From assembly GCF_009914755.1 (NCBI RefSeq), contig NC_060939.1: 64,000 nt of DNA; one strand, 5' to 3'. This stretch comes from the human T2T-CHM13v2.0 reference genome, Homo sapiens. Positions 14,308-29,058 of the stretch are shown piece after piece. A program made the position numbers and the translations under genes. Every line of letters starts with the position of its first letter. Within the stretch, counting starts at the first letter, position 1. The notes under the pieces were generated by a model that worked only from the letters and a program-made list of their open reading frames with translations, did not search any database and was not told the DNA's origin.

Positions 14308-15156
14308 TGAAGAAGGGAGATTTCCAGGCCAGTGCAGGGTTTTCAGGTGGGCTTTTGAGTAAATGGGGAGAGAGGACTCCCAGGCACTGTGTGGATTCCC
14401 TAAGGTGATCCACAGGAAGGACCAGGCACACAGTAGGGCTCTGCGTTTTCTCAGTCTTCTGCCTTCATTTAGATTCCCAGCACTCAGAGTCTTTTTTGAA
14501 GCACCCCAGATTTAACTGGTGGAGATGTCAGTGTTATCTCAAACCCCTCCTTCCCCAGCATTTCAACTCCAGTCTCCTAGGAACCAAGAAAATGCAGTTG
14601 CCTACAGGTCCCTTGGCTATGTCTCCCAGCTCGCCCAGAGCTAACAGCACTATCTTCTTCACTGGGAGAGATGTCCTAATTCAGACCGGAAGGCTGCTTC
14701 ACATTAGCAGATGCTGACTGCGGGTGGGCGAGTGCCTGACCCTCAGGCCCTGACACTGCTCTAAGTGGGAGACAGGTCCAGCTAGGAGAGGGAAACTCAG
14801 TCACAGCGCAGGAGGGACAGGAGGCTTTTAGTAAAAGTGCCAGTCACCAGGGGCTGCTGATACCATCGCACACCAGGTCTGGTTACAGCTTCCTGCCTCC
14901 CTGCAGAAGCCAGCACTGGAGTTGGAGAAGGGGATGAGGGCAGATCCCTGAATGAGTGGGAAGGGGGTAGCTGGGAGGAGAGGGAGGTGGAGGGAGGGAG
15001 GGAGGAGAAGTGAAGGGGCAGCATGATTCCAGTGAAAGCTCTTACTCTCCAGATGAAAAGCATTTTGTAATTTTGCCTTAAATCATTCCCTTAACCATAG
15101 AGATGGAGATCACTTTTTTAAGAAAACCGGTAGCACCTGCAAAAAGGAGCGCTATC

Positions 15157-15453
<297 letters not shown>

Positions 15454-16029
15454 AAGAGCACTATCTTTTAAGAACATAAAGTTCTGTGTTTCTCGTAGGG
15501 CAGAAGACCATGCCAACTTCTGTGGCACACAACCCTTCTTATCTGCACCAGTTGCTGCCACATGGCTTGCAGTTGCTTCTCCTTCCTTCACCAGCAATTG
15601 GTTACTGACAGCATATTGTAGCCAAACCCTGAGCTCCGGGAACTGCCCCTACGAGGAATGAAGCACCCAGCAGGACAGACGAGCTTCTGACCTTGCAAAG
15701 CCAATGTGAGGTTGCTGCCTTGCGTTTAAAGCTAGCGGTATTCTTCCCTGTGCTCATCTGGCCGCTCTATTTGGTTAGTGTTTTGCTAATGAGTTGAGGG
15801 CAAGGAGCTGAGCCACACATGGTCCATTATCACTTTCTTGTGTGGTCACAGATAGCATGCCAAACCTGGTTTCAAACCCTTCTCCTGTTGGTTACAAAGC
15901 AGATGGGCCAAGCAATTCTGACTGCATCAGTTTAATTCCAATCATTACTATCCAATTAAAGCAAAACGCTTGTTACTGGCCATGATGTCACCTTTACCAA
16001 AAGAGGAGGACTTTTTTTTTTTTAATAGA

Positions 16030-16240
16030 GCATTTTCTCTAGGCCTGGAGCTAATTAAATGCTTTGTGTGCATTTCTCACTGATCCTTATAATAATCCCT
16101 CCAGATAGGTATTGCTTTCACACCTCCATTTTACAGATAAGGAAACTGAGGTCTGAAGAGATGAAGTCACAGACGTAAGGTAACAACCTAACGGAGTACG
16201 CGTAAGATGACCTGTGCTTTCAGACTTGACTCCCAAGCCT
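16030..16240 (-). mobile_element. MIR
   Basis: Core 'ctccattttacagataaggaaactgagg'. Confidence 0.75.
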
Positions 16241-17322
16241 CTTGACGTAATTTAAAGGTGTCATCTAGTTAGTATCTGGTATCTGCCACCACCCATGGCA
16301 GCTCACAACTGTCTTTTTTCATTCTGTCACCTTACTGAAGAGGCTCCGCTGTCTATTAGTGCTGGGAACAAAAATGTGTAAGAGGAAGGCTCTGCGCTAG
16401 AGCACTGGAAGCTCCGGTAGGAATGCTGACTGCCAGGAAGGTGGGGCTGAGTGGCTCCAAGGAGCCTTCTAGAGAGAAGGCACAGCGCAGCGAAAGTCAT
16501 GGATCCAGGGGTGGGGGATTCTATCTGGTGGGGTGTGGGGTAGGCTGCCTGGAGTCAAATCAGGGCGGGCCCTCCTTCCTGAAAGTTGAGTTTTGACTTT
16601 CACAAGAGCTCCTGGGTTATAGGCAGGGAAATGACTAGATCACATCGGTGTTGAAGAAATATGTTTCACTGTTTACCTCCTCACTACGCAGGCCCTTTCA
16701 TTTCCAGACATGTCTGTGAGAAGTCCTTAACTCCTACTGTAATCTGTTTCCAGAGGATTTTTTTTTTTTCCTCCTTGGTCTTTTAAGTTGGCTGTTTCCT
16801 CCAAGGATAGAAGGAAATCCCCTGGTAGCTTCAAGACCTGTGCAGGGGACGCCTTGCCCAAGGAACAAGAACCTGGATAAACATTGGGTCGACCGTCGCC
16901 TCCAGGTCTGATGAGCACAGATGTTTTCTGAAGAGTTCTGGAGGTACCTTGTGGCACCTGAACCATGCTCTGTTTTCCTTGCAGGAGGCTTTTCTTTTTC
17001 AGTCACTGTTTAAAACATGCTTTCTACCTGTTCAGAAAATCTAGTTCAGGTCGACGAAGACCTTTGGGATGAAATCTCAATGCCCAGCCTGGAGATTGGG
17101 CCACATGGTTTCTACTAGACACACCATTATAATTATGCATCAGAATCATTTATACAGCCTTGGGAATTTTCTCCATATGTCCCATTAAGTTTGGGAGTCA
17201 CCAGGGCCCTAATGACACTGGGAAGTTATGAAACATCATATGGAATTTTTACAGTTATTTTATTGTCCTCTTGCTCTCCTCCTCAATGCTTGCAGCCTCA
17301 GGGACTCAGAGTCAGTCTAACC

Positions 17323-17543
17323 CAGAGTTTCTCAACCATGACACTACTGACACGTGGAGCTGGCTGATTCTTTGTTGTGAGGGGTTGTCCTGCGTGTTGT
17401 AGGATGTTTAATAGCATCCCTTGTCTCTACTTACTCAATAGTAGTAGCACCCCAGATATGGCAATGAAAAATATATCCAGGCATTGCCAAAGCCACCTGG
17501 GGGCGGGGGCGGGTGTGTGAAATTTTCCCTTTGAGAACCACTA
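17323..17543 (-). mobile_element. MER20 (hAT-Charlie)
   Basis: 'gtttctcaacc...tgtaggatgtttaatagcatccct...ggcattgccaaa...ttgagaaccact'. Confidence 0.85.
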
Positions 17544-17544
17544 G

Positions 17545-17875
<331 letters not shown>

Positions 17876-20026
17876 AATCCTAGCTTCTTTACTTCTGAGT
17901 TGCATGGCCTTTGGTAAGTTGCTGAAACTCCAAGAGTCTTAGTTTACTAATTCGAAAAATGGGCATCCTTGTATTTACCTTTCAAGGCTGTTGTCAGATG
18001 CTGACTGCTTCATTTAATCTGCAGAAAACTTGAGTCCACCTTCCCTATACCCTGTCCAATATTCCATGGTGTGGGAATCCTTTCTACCTCACGAATGGAT
18101 ATAGATTTCATCCGAGGCCTAACCAAAATGAAACTGCCAAGCTGAGTGACATAGAGTTGCAAAGGGATGGATTCCCTCTTTGACTGGCAAATAATTTGCT
18201 GGGAGCATCAGCTTTTTGTGCTTCGGTAACTGAGCATCCCATTTGAGGCCTGCAGCTCCCGAGCTGCCCACTGGACTCAGTGATGGAGCGCTTGGATCTG
18301 GCTTAAGTGGGTTTGAGTACTCCAAGTTGCTGGCCATTCTCATTCTTTCTTGCCTACTTTCCATATACTCTGCACTAGAAGTGTTTGTCTATTTGTATTT
18401 CCCAACCTTGCTCTCTCTGTCCTTGTTTCCCTCCCTACCTGGCTCACACAGCGCACAAACAGTTAAGGGCACTTAGCTTAGCTGCCTCCACATCCCTGTA
18501 GACTACCCTGGAAGGATTGAATGAAATTGATAGTACTAACATTACATCACTCACATCCCCAAAGCAAGTGTAGCTGGGCGGGTAGAAGGAATGACCCTGG
18601 AGAAAACAGCTGTCAAGGGCAGCTATTGGCTTATCTTTCATGGAAAGAGAACATAATGAATTCTGAATGAAGAGGAACCAGAGGCAGAGCAGTGTGTGGT
18701 CCCGCAAGGCCACCACACGCAAGCTGGCACTTGGGAAGTACTGAGGACTGTCTCATGTGTACGGGGTCCTGGGCCAGTCCTTCTGGCCTGGCCATGTTTG
18801 AGGAAGGGTGTTTTTGTGCTCTGGAGATGAACACTGCTTAGAGGTTGGGAGCCTGCTGTCAAGGGAGTGCTGACACTCTGCCAGTTCGGTCTGTCTGCAG
18901 GGTGGTGGGCTGCACATAGGTGGGGGCTGTGTGCAGGCAGGGGCCCTGCCTGGGGATCACTTTCACAGGACCTGGCCCCAGAGAACCATGCAGGCCTCTT
19001 CTGCCTCCTTTTACTTTAATACCCTTGTTTACCCTCTGCTGTGTGTTTTTATTTCTCCGAGTACAGGCATCAGTTGGGGCTTTCTTAGGGAGGCAGTACA
19101 TTTTCATAGGAAGAGATTGAACTTGGGGAGAAGCTGACCCACACTTGAAACTTGTCTTATTTACCTTTAGAATATGTTACCCTCAGCAAGTTACTGTATT
19201 TCTTGGAGATTCAGTATTTTTAATCTTTAAAACGGGGGCAAAATAACACTTACCTGTTAAGAGTTTTTGTAAGAATTAGATGGAATGCACATGGAGAGTC
19301 TAGCCCAGTAGGTGGCTTGTATTATTACTTATTAGTGACAACTAAGGCTCAAAGCATTGAAAGAACTTTTGGATGTAGTCACTGAGCCAGGAAGTGGTGG
19401 AGCAATGACAGGATCCCATGGGAGCTGATGCCAGGGACTAGCTGTACTCCTTCCCTCAGATCGCAGCTGCCAAGCCTTAGGACACAAAGGCACCAAGCAA
19501 ATTGGAATAGTGTGATGCGAATAAGGACTCATGTCCTAGAATGAGGCTCCTGCATCCCCCACCCATTACCTGTATGTACCATCATTGATAGCTTGCTTTT
19601 TGCAGATCATAAGCGCCTGGTAAGGTAGCACCTTATATGGCGGCTGCTGAGGGCTGGAGAGTTGAAAGTTATTTCTTCCATTGAACTCTAAGAAGCATAC
19701 TCAGGTTGGGGCCGTGAGTGAGGGGTAGGAGAGCCTTAGCTCTCCTCATCAAGCCTATGTCTAGTGAGAGACACAAGCATGAACAATGATGGAAGTATAC
19801 ATGTTTGGAAGACTGAGCATAGGGCACCATGAGAAGATAGAACAAGGGCCTGGTGTATTCCTGGGCACCATGGAGAGCTGCTCTAAAAAGTGGCTGATAT
19901 CCAAGAGATGAATGAGAATTGGGACACAAAAAGGAGGAGGAGGATTTTAAGGAAAGAAAATAGGTGGACATGAAAATCCACGTGGGCTCAAGGAAAAAGA
20001 GATGGAGAAAGTAATTTGTCCAATGA

Positions 20027-20500
<474 letters not shown>

Positions 20501-21641
20501 GATCTCGGATTCTTAAGAGGTCACTTATCCTTCCTGGGATTGGGTACCAATGTCCCACTGCATCTTTCTAGTGGGTTCCTCTTTCCATTCATCATAATCA
20601 AATGATTCTTGACTAGGAAAGCAAGTGGTTATGCAAAAGGGAAACTTTTTTGGTTTTGTTTTTAAACTGTACAGGGTTGAAGCAAAAATCCATTCATGTC
20701 CTTGTTAATGATTGCTCACATTCTTTTGGTTGATTCTTAAAGCATGTATTTTAATAAGGGACTGGAAACCACAACTGTTAATCAATGTTCTCTTGGTTTT
20801 TACCTCTGAGTCATGGCTTTAGATCAGGGAGATAGCATTTCAGATTTGCTACTGGGTGAGAGGTTTTGCATGGCTTATATGATATTACCTGATTTTTTTA
20901 CAAAGTTTAGAGGCTACAAAACTATCCAGGTTTTATGATCTCTACTGACCTTGTCAGATTGATGATGGGATGGGTGCTGTGTTTCCCATTTTATGGATAT
21001 TGAGTGTGCAAGAGATGACAGTTATTTCTTTTATCAACTTCCAGAAAGTGAACTCTGGTTGAGACCTGCAATGGTGAGAGAGATAAGATCACTCATCAAG
21101 GCAAATTGATTCCCAGATAAATGAGGCATTCAGTAGGTGGTAAATGCTAAGAAAGACCTATGTCTTCTGAAAACTGCATCATTAATTGTATTATGTTATT
21201 GATCCATCTTGGGTAATGATAGTGTTAGGGAAAGCGAGTTGCAAAGTTGGTTGAGAACCATTGCTTTGTCTCTTCAAGGCACTTACATCTGAAAAGGCAT
21301 GGGCAGGAGTGGGGGAACCCTGTGGTTGCCATTCTGTTGCCAAAGGGCCAATGCAGGGAGGTAGCTTGAGAGTTAATAATGGAGAGTGGTTGCAGTTTCC
21401 ATAGGAGAGAAGCCAGGAGTCCAGGCTCACTGTTCAGGGGTGTGTGTGTGCTGGATACTAGGACAGTGAAAATAACTGAGATGGAGTTGGGAGAGAAGTG
21501 TATGTATTTCTCACGTGCCTGGATCTGAGAGGCTCAATATCTTGCTATACCCATGAGTGCAAGTCTGTTCTCTGATTTGAGGAAAGAGATGGGCCAAGGG
21601 AAGAATAGACCTGAGGGTCAAAGTAGGGTGCCTTCCCTGAG

Positions 21642-21853
21642 AAGCGGTGCCAGATATAGCAAATGAAAATACAGAACACTCAGTTAAATTTGAGCTTTGG
21701 ATAACAAATAAGTCACTTATTTTTTAAGTATAAGTGCGTCCCAAATATTGCATGAGACATACTTACACTAAGGGAAAAAACCCCACAACCCTAAAGTTGT
21801 TCATATGAAATTTGAATTTGACTGGGCGTCCTGTATTTTATCTGGCAACCCTA
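21642..21853. mobile_element. MER53 palindromic hAT MITE
   Basis: 'gccagat...cagttaaatttga...gtcccaaatattgcatgagacatactta...gggcgtcctgtattttatctggcaacccta'. Confidence 0.88.
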
Positions 21854-22946
21854 CTGAAGGACTCAGAATGCTCCAGTGGCTTCTTGCTCAACTGCACGGA
21901 CAGGGGCTGCTCCTTTGGGCCACTTCAAGCACATTATTTGGCGGTGGCCACAGGGCATTCTGTTGGGCATGCAGCTCCTGAGACTGAGCCTGCTAAAGTG
22001 CCTGGCTGCGGGGTGGAGTGCCTGCCGGGAGCTGCGTTCTTCCACAGCTTTCTTCCTGGGATCCTGCAGTCAGGGTGTCATTCCATCCCTCCTTCCCTCT
22101 TTCCCTGTAGCATGTGACCATCTCATCCTTGCTGTTTCTTGCTGTGTTGCTTCTGTCCCCCAACCCTGCCCTTGAAGCCTTGGTTCTCTTGGGAGCCAGG
22201 TAAATACTATGCCTCAGTCTATTCTTCTTTCCCTGCTCCTCAGACTTGATGTCATGGATTTGACTCAAGGTTTGTGTTTCACATTTACACTTTTCCTAAG
22301 CAGAGATGAGGAGCACCGCCATGGAGTAAGCAAAGGAACCTTGGGCGAGTAGCAAGCATGACATGAGACCTCCCCACAGTCCCTGGCGTGGTGGCCTCCA
22401 TCCTGACTTCGAGCCTGAACTTCTGACATCCTCATCTGTTTCTACTCTCCATCCCTGCACACCAACACACCTCTGCACTCACAGTTTTTCCTGTGGTTGG
22501 CACTCCGGGGCTGTAAGGGCCCTACAGAGATAGCCAAACTTGCTAATATGCTAACTAGAGTTAGTCTGGCCAAGGAGAACATAACCCCTGTCTGATCATG
22601 GTGTGCTTCTTTGCCCGGGTAGAAACTTCTGCAGGCTCCCTGCTAGCAGCAGCCAGTGTCACTCTGGAAGGCCAGGGCCTGCTACCTTGGCAGATCCAGC
22701 TAACAACAGCAGAGGGCTCAGGCTCCTGGTGGCTGGTCCTTCTGGCTCAGGAAGTCACTTTCCCTCCCAGCTTTGGGTTCGTAGGCTCTGGACCCAGCCT
22801 CGACATCCTAGCCCTGCAGCCTACTAATGGGGGTGAAATCAGCCTCCCCACAGTCAACAAGACTTACGTCACAAACTCTAAATGTTAAAATCTCATCCAG
22901 TGGAAAATATCCTTAATATTTTATTTCTTTGAACAATTGCCATGAC

Positions 22947-23442
<496 letters not shown>

Positions 23443-23964
23443 GTCATGACCTCTTTATCAGTTTTCAAAGTCATATGCCTTTCTGTGTTCCTGAACAAAT
23501 GCTCTGGCTGTATTGTCAAATGTAATGGCCTCTCCAAGTTTGATTACTTGTAAGTCTCAGGTCTCTTCCTTGTGAACCAAAGCTTGGTCAATATTCATTC
23601 AAAAAATGAAATTCATTTCAAATGGAGACAGGTATGATGGATGTGTTAAGAACCTAGCTGTGAGAGTTGCTAGCTTCTCTCTGTCCGTCAGTCCTTCGCA
23701 TTTCTTTCCATACGCAGACCTTTTGCATTAACAAGGAGAGTTATAGTTCAGCACTTCATGTCCGTCTTCTTTGTTTTCATAGCCCTGGCTGTTCACCTTG
23801 GTTAAGTGACACAATTATTCCCTTGTCATTCTTCTTGCATGTTAAATAGGGATAACTCAAAGGATTGTATCGCTGATAAAAAGAAATAGCCCCTGTAATG
23901 TTTGGATGCTCAATAATTGTTCACATGTTCCCTTCTGTCATCTCATGTGGACCTAGGTCTGTAA

Positions 23965-24295
<331 letters not shown>

Positions 24296-24539
24296 GACAT
24301 TAGATCTTATAACTCGCCAGTAGCTGGGAATCAGAACAATGTTGAGCAATAAAGCAGTTTTGCTCATACACACACAAACTAGTCCATAACACTGGTGTGT
24401 TTTCATTCAGACTCTCTTTAAGGTGATACCACACACTTGCCTAATCCTGCTGTGAGAAAGCTGCCTTCTCCAGAACTGGTGAAGTTCATTCTGATATGAG
24501 AACCCCAGGACTAACCTTGGACGGAGTGAAGTGAGGCTT

Positions 24540-24938
<399 letters not shown>

Positions 24939-25171
24939 ACATCCCAGAGCTCATCCTGCCATTGGTTCAAATGTGTATCTGAATCACCTAGAAATGGTTT
25001 TCACGGGGCAAGTGCCAAGACCCCAGTCCCAGAAGTGCTGGATCATAGTGTCCAAAATAAAGTCTGGCTTGAGAATTCAACAATATTTTCAGGAGATTCT
25101 GATTCATATTCTTAATTAAGTACCATTGGATTAATTCACCCTTTTTCTTCTACACAGAAGGGAATTAAGAA

Positions 25172-26282
25172 CTGGAGTCACACCCTTCTAAGTTCAGAAA
25201 ACAGTTTTAGTTGGAAAAAAAAATCAATCTTCAAAATGTGAAGATTAAAAAAAAAATCCCATCAAGGCACATGGAAATGGTCACAAGCTTTGGGCCCATT
25301 TAACCATTTTCCAGCAAAGTTGATAGCAGAATTAATTAAGGTCACACAGCTAGTAAGTGACAGAAACGGGACTAGAATCTGCGTTACTGGGCTCCTAAAG
25401 CAATTTTTCTCTCCTGTATATTCCCTTTCTTGTCTGCTGTTTTGCTTAGAACTAAGTCTAGTCAATGAGTTGAACTGATTAATTCCAGTGATATCAATAC
25501 TGTCTTAGTGAGGAGCTCATGTGCTTATACTTCGAAAATAAATGTTTGGAAGTTTAAATTTATTTTCATTTTTCCTTATTGGGGATGGTCAAAACTCAAC
25601 ACCCAATGGGCTCAGGTCACCAGCTGTCTGGGGGTGGAAGACAGAGCCCTCCAACGCAGCTGGTGAGCTTCCATCACTCCTCTGTGTGTTGGATGTCTTT
25701 CTCAGTTATGCCCTAGTGGAAACTGCAGTCCAGCCTCCTGGTAATGCCATCACGATTATGGTTGATCCGCTCTGTGTAGCCGAAATAGGTGTGATTTCCT
25801 GAGTAAGAGGAGCATTAGCTGATTTCTTGAAAATACATGCTCCCTGATTTAGCCAGGTTCATGTGCTTTCACCTTTTTATGTGTTTAATTAAAAACTGAA
25901 AATGTCCTCTGCCCTGAAAGATGAATGAGGAGAAATGCCCTATTATTAGGACACACCACCTTTGGAGTGAAATGATTCACTCTGTGATTAAATGCAAATT
26001 GCTTCTTAAGAATAATTAGCCCAGGTGGCCTGTAAGCCCAGGGAGCTCAGGGTTCATCAGGAGCAGTATTCATCCAATTACTTCTTTACTGAAGATTGGG
26101 TGCCCGATCGATCATACTTCTTGGCTTTGGAAGGGCTGGAGGCACACCCTCCTAAGTTCGAAGATCCATTTTAAATAGAAACAAAATAAACATTCATAAT
26201 TTAAGGACTAAAAAAATTTAAATCCTATCAAGGCAAATGGAAATGAGCACAAGCCTCAGATCCCTGCAACAACTTTCCAGCA
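25172..26282 (+). repeat. Diverged ~145-bp direct repeat pair (25172-25316 and 26136-26282)
   Basis: Collinear alignment by eye: ctggag.cacaccct.ctaagttc ... aaatcc.atcaaggca.atggaaatg..cacaagc ... tttccagca. Confidence 0.85.
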
Positions 26283-27126
26283 GTGACAAATTCATTCTAC
26301 AAACAAGTCGGTAGAATCATTTTTCCTGAAAAAGGAACCTAGATAAGGGATCTGGTATTTGCAAACTCAGTTAATGTGGCTTGGTTGGGCCTGTTGTTAC
26401 CTGCTCTGATTCCTTAGCCCATAGCTTACCCATTAAACTAACTGCTCAGATGCACCTATTGTTTAAGTTTCTCTTTAAATGCACAATGATAATAGCTAAT
26501 TCTGCAAAGCCCTTGTATGTCAGATCCTACATGAGATGCTTTGCATATTTTATTTCTCACCAACACTGTAAGGGAAAGGTAAGATTAGCACCATTTTACA
26601 CATGAGGAAACTGAGATAGAGAGACTTTAAGTAGCCAAGATTACAAAGCCAATACATGGCCTTCTTACAAATGCGTAGCATTTGTGAGAAAACTGCTGAG
26701 TAACAGAATGTGGATGCATCAGGATAAAATCTAAAATGACCGGGAAAACAGTTCAATGATTGCCTTGCTGTTGCTGAGTCAGTAGCATCTTTAAAAAGAA
26801 ACAGTATATAAAGGCACATGCATTGGTGCCTGTGTTTTGAGCAACCATGTCTTAACAGGACAGCCATTCCCCTCCTCTACTTCATTTGTATCTCTGAACA
26901 AGAACAAAGTTCACATCCTTCAGATACATAGGGGTTGAGAAAGAGTTAAGTTACCGTTTGGGTAATAAAGGAATTAAAATCTCTTTCAAGCAGGTCATAA
27001 TTAATTCTTTTAATTATAGATTACTTGAAAAGGGAGACAAAAGGAAGGAAAAGCTTTTATCATCTGATTAATAAACCTCTGTTAGCATTTTCATATGCCC
27101 TCATGTAATTTTTTTCTCTGCTACCT

Positions 27127-27544
27127 GCTTCAGTTACTATTGCAGTGTAAGAGATTTTTTTCAAATTTACTGGTTTAAAACAACAAACATGATTTCACCG
27201 TTTCTCTGGACTGAGAGCCCTGGAGCCGTTTAGTGGGGTAGTTCTGACTCAGGCTCTCTCATGATGCTGCAATCAAGCTGTTTGCCAGGGCTACAGTCAT
27301 CTCCAGGCATGACTGCAGAAGGAGCCACTCCAAGATGGTCACATGGCTGCTGGCAGACCCCAGAAGACCTGCTTCCAGGCTTACTCACATGGCTGGTGGC
27401 AGGTGTCAGTTTCTCACCACGTGGGCCTCTCCATATGGTGCCTGAGTGTCCTCACAACATGGCAGGTGGCTTCCATCTTTGGCAGCTGGTTTCCTCCAGA
27501 GTGAGTGATGAGAGGGAGAAAAAGAGAAAGAGAGGAAGGGGGGT

Positions 27545-27596
<52 letters not shown>

Positions 27597-27735
27597 AACC
27601 TACACATGGAAATTCCAGTCAATCTTAGAATTGACATTCCATCACTTCTCAATTCAATTCACTAGAAGCAAGTCACTAAGTCACTAAGAAATTAAGTTAC
27701 ATTTCTTAAAAAAAGCTATCAAAGAGTTTGTGGGC
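27127..27735 (-). mobile_element. MLT1G-like MaLR LTR containing (GA)n at ~27548-27592; its terminus resumes at 29059-29084 after the HERV-H insert
   Basis: 'tctcaccacgtgggcctctccat...gagtgtcctcacaacatggcag'; terminal 'gtgtctttaaaaccatcaca' displaced to 29065-29084. Confidence 0.75.
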
Positions 27736-28168
27736 TGTCTCATGCGTCCGTGTGAAGAGACCACCAAACAGGCTTTGTATGAGCAACAAGGCTGTTTATT
27801 TCACCTGGGTGCAGGCGGGCTGAGTCCGAAAAAGGAGTCAGCAAAGGGTGATGGGATTATTATTAGTTCTTACAGGTTTTGGGATAGACGGTGGAGTTGG
27901 GAGCAATGTTTTGGGGGCAGGGGATGGATCTCACAAAGTACATTCTCAAGGGTGGGGAGAATTACAAAGAACCTTCTCAAGGGTGGGGGAGATCACAAAG
28001 TACATTGATCAGTTAGGGTGGGGCAGAAACAAATCACAATGGTGGAATGTCAGCAGTTGAGGCTATTTTCGTTTCTTTTGTGAATCTTCAGTTGCTTCAG
28101 GCCATCTGGATGTATACGTGCAGGTCACAGGGGATATGATGGCTTAGCTTGGGCTCAGAGGCCTGATA
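27736..28168 (-). mobile_element. LTR7 (HERV-H 3' LTR), complete including U5
   Basis: Reverse complement begins t(a)tcaggcctctgagcccaagctaagccatc and ends cctgtttggtggtctcttcacacggacgcatgagaca. Confidence 0.95.
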
Positions 28169-29058
28169 TTCCTGTCTTCTTATATTAATAAGAAAAGCAA
28201 AACAAAATAATGAAGTGTTGGAGCGGTGATAAATTTTGGGGGTGATATGGAGAGATAATGGGTGATGTTTCTCAGGGCTGCTTTGAGCGGGATTAGGGGC
28301 AGCGTGGGAACCTAGAGTGGGAGAGATTAAACTGAAGAAAGATTTTGGGGTAAGGGGTGATACTGTGGGGTTGTTAGAAGGAGCATTTGTTGTATAGAAT
28401 GATTGATGATGGCCTGGATGCAGTTTTGTGTGAATTGAGAAACGAAACGGAAGACACAAGGTCTGAATAAAAGAAGGAGAAAAATAGATATTAAAGGACT
28501 AAGAATTGGGAGTACCCAGGACATCCAATTAGAGAGTGTCCAGGGGGGTTCAGCGTAATTATTTGCTTGGTTGGCAAGTTTTTAGGCTCTATCTTTCAGT
28601 TTTTTAAAAAAAATGTTGTCATATACCAGGCCAGATTGATTTAGGGAAAAACAGCACTCTTCATTTAAAAATATACAGAGTCCTCAGAGGGCTGTTTCTG
28701 GGACTGCCCAGCACTGCTTGATCTGGAAGTAGGTATTCTCCCCAATTTTGTGGAGACATATGTATTCCTTTTCCGTTTCCCTTTGCTCCACCTTTAGCAT
28801 TTGCTAAGTTAAACATTGTACTCTTTTACTACATTGATTATTAAACTTTTCTTAAAAGTTTTCTTAAAAGAAAAGTTTAATAATCAATGTAGTAAAAGAG
28901 TACAATGTTTAACTTAGCAAATATATATATATTTGCTATATAAATATATATATATTTGATATATATATATACACACACACACACACAGAGTCCCCCCACT
29001 TTTTTTTTTAGCAGTGAGTAAGTCGAGGCCTCAGCGATTTTGGAGGAAAGTAAAGTGC
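28169..29058 (-). pseudogene. HERV-H env TM remnant (ISD, CX6CC, membrane anchor), interrupted and 5'-truncated
   Basis: Minus strand reads LQNR*GLDLLTAKK (~29046-29005), then GLCIFLNEECCFSLNQSGLVYDN (from ~28683), then ORF 28327-28524 WVLPILSPLISIFLLLLFRPCVF. Confidence 0.92.
28799..28922. repeat. Perfect inverted repeat, 55-bp arms (28799-28853 / 28868-28922), 14-bp spacer
   Basis: atttgctaagttaaacattgtactcttttactacattgattattaaacttttctt is followed by its exact reverse complement. Confidence 0.97.
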
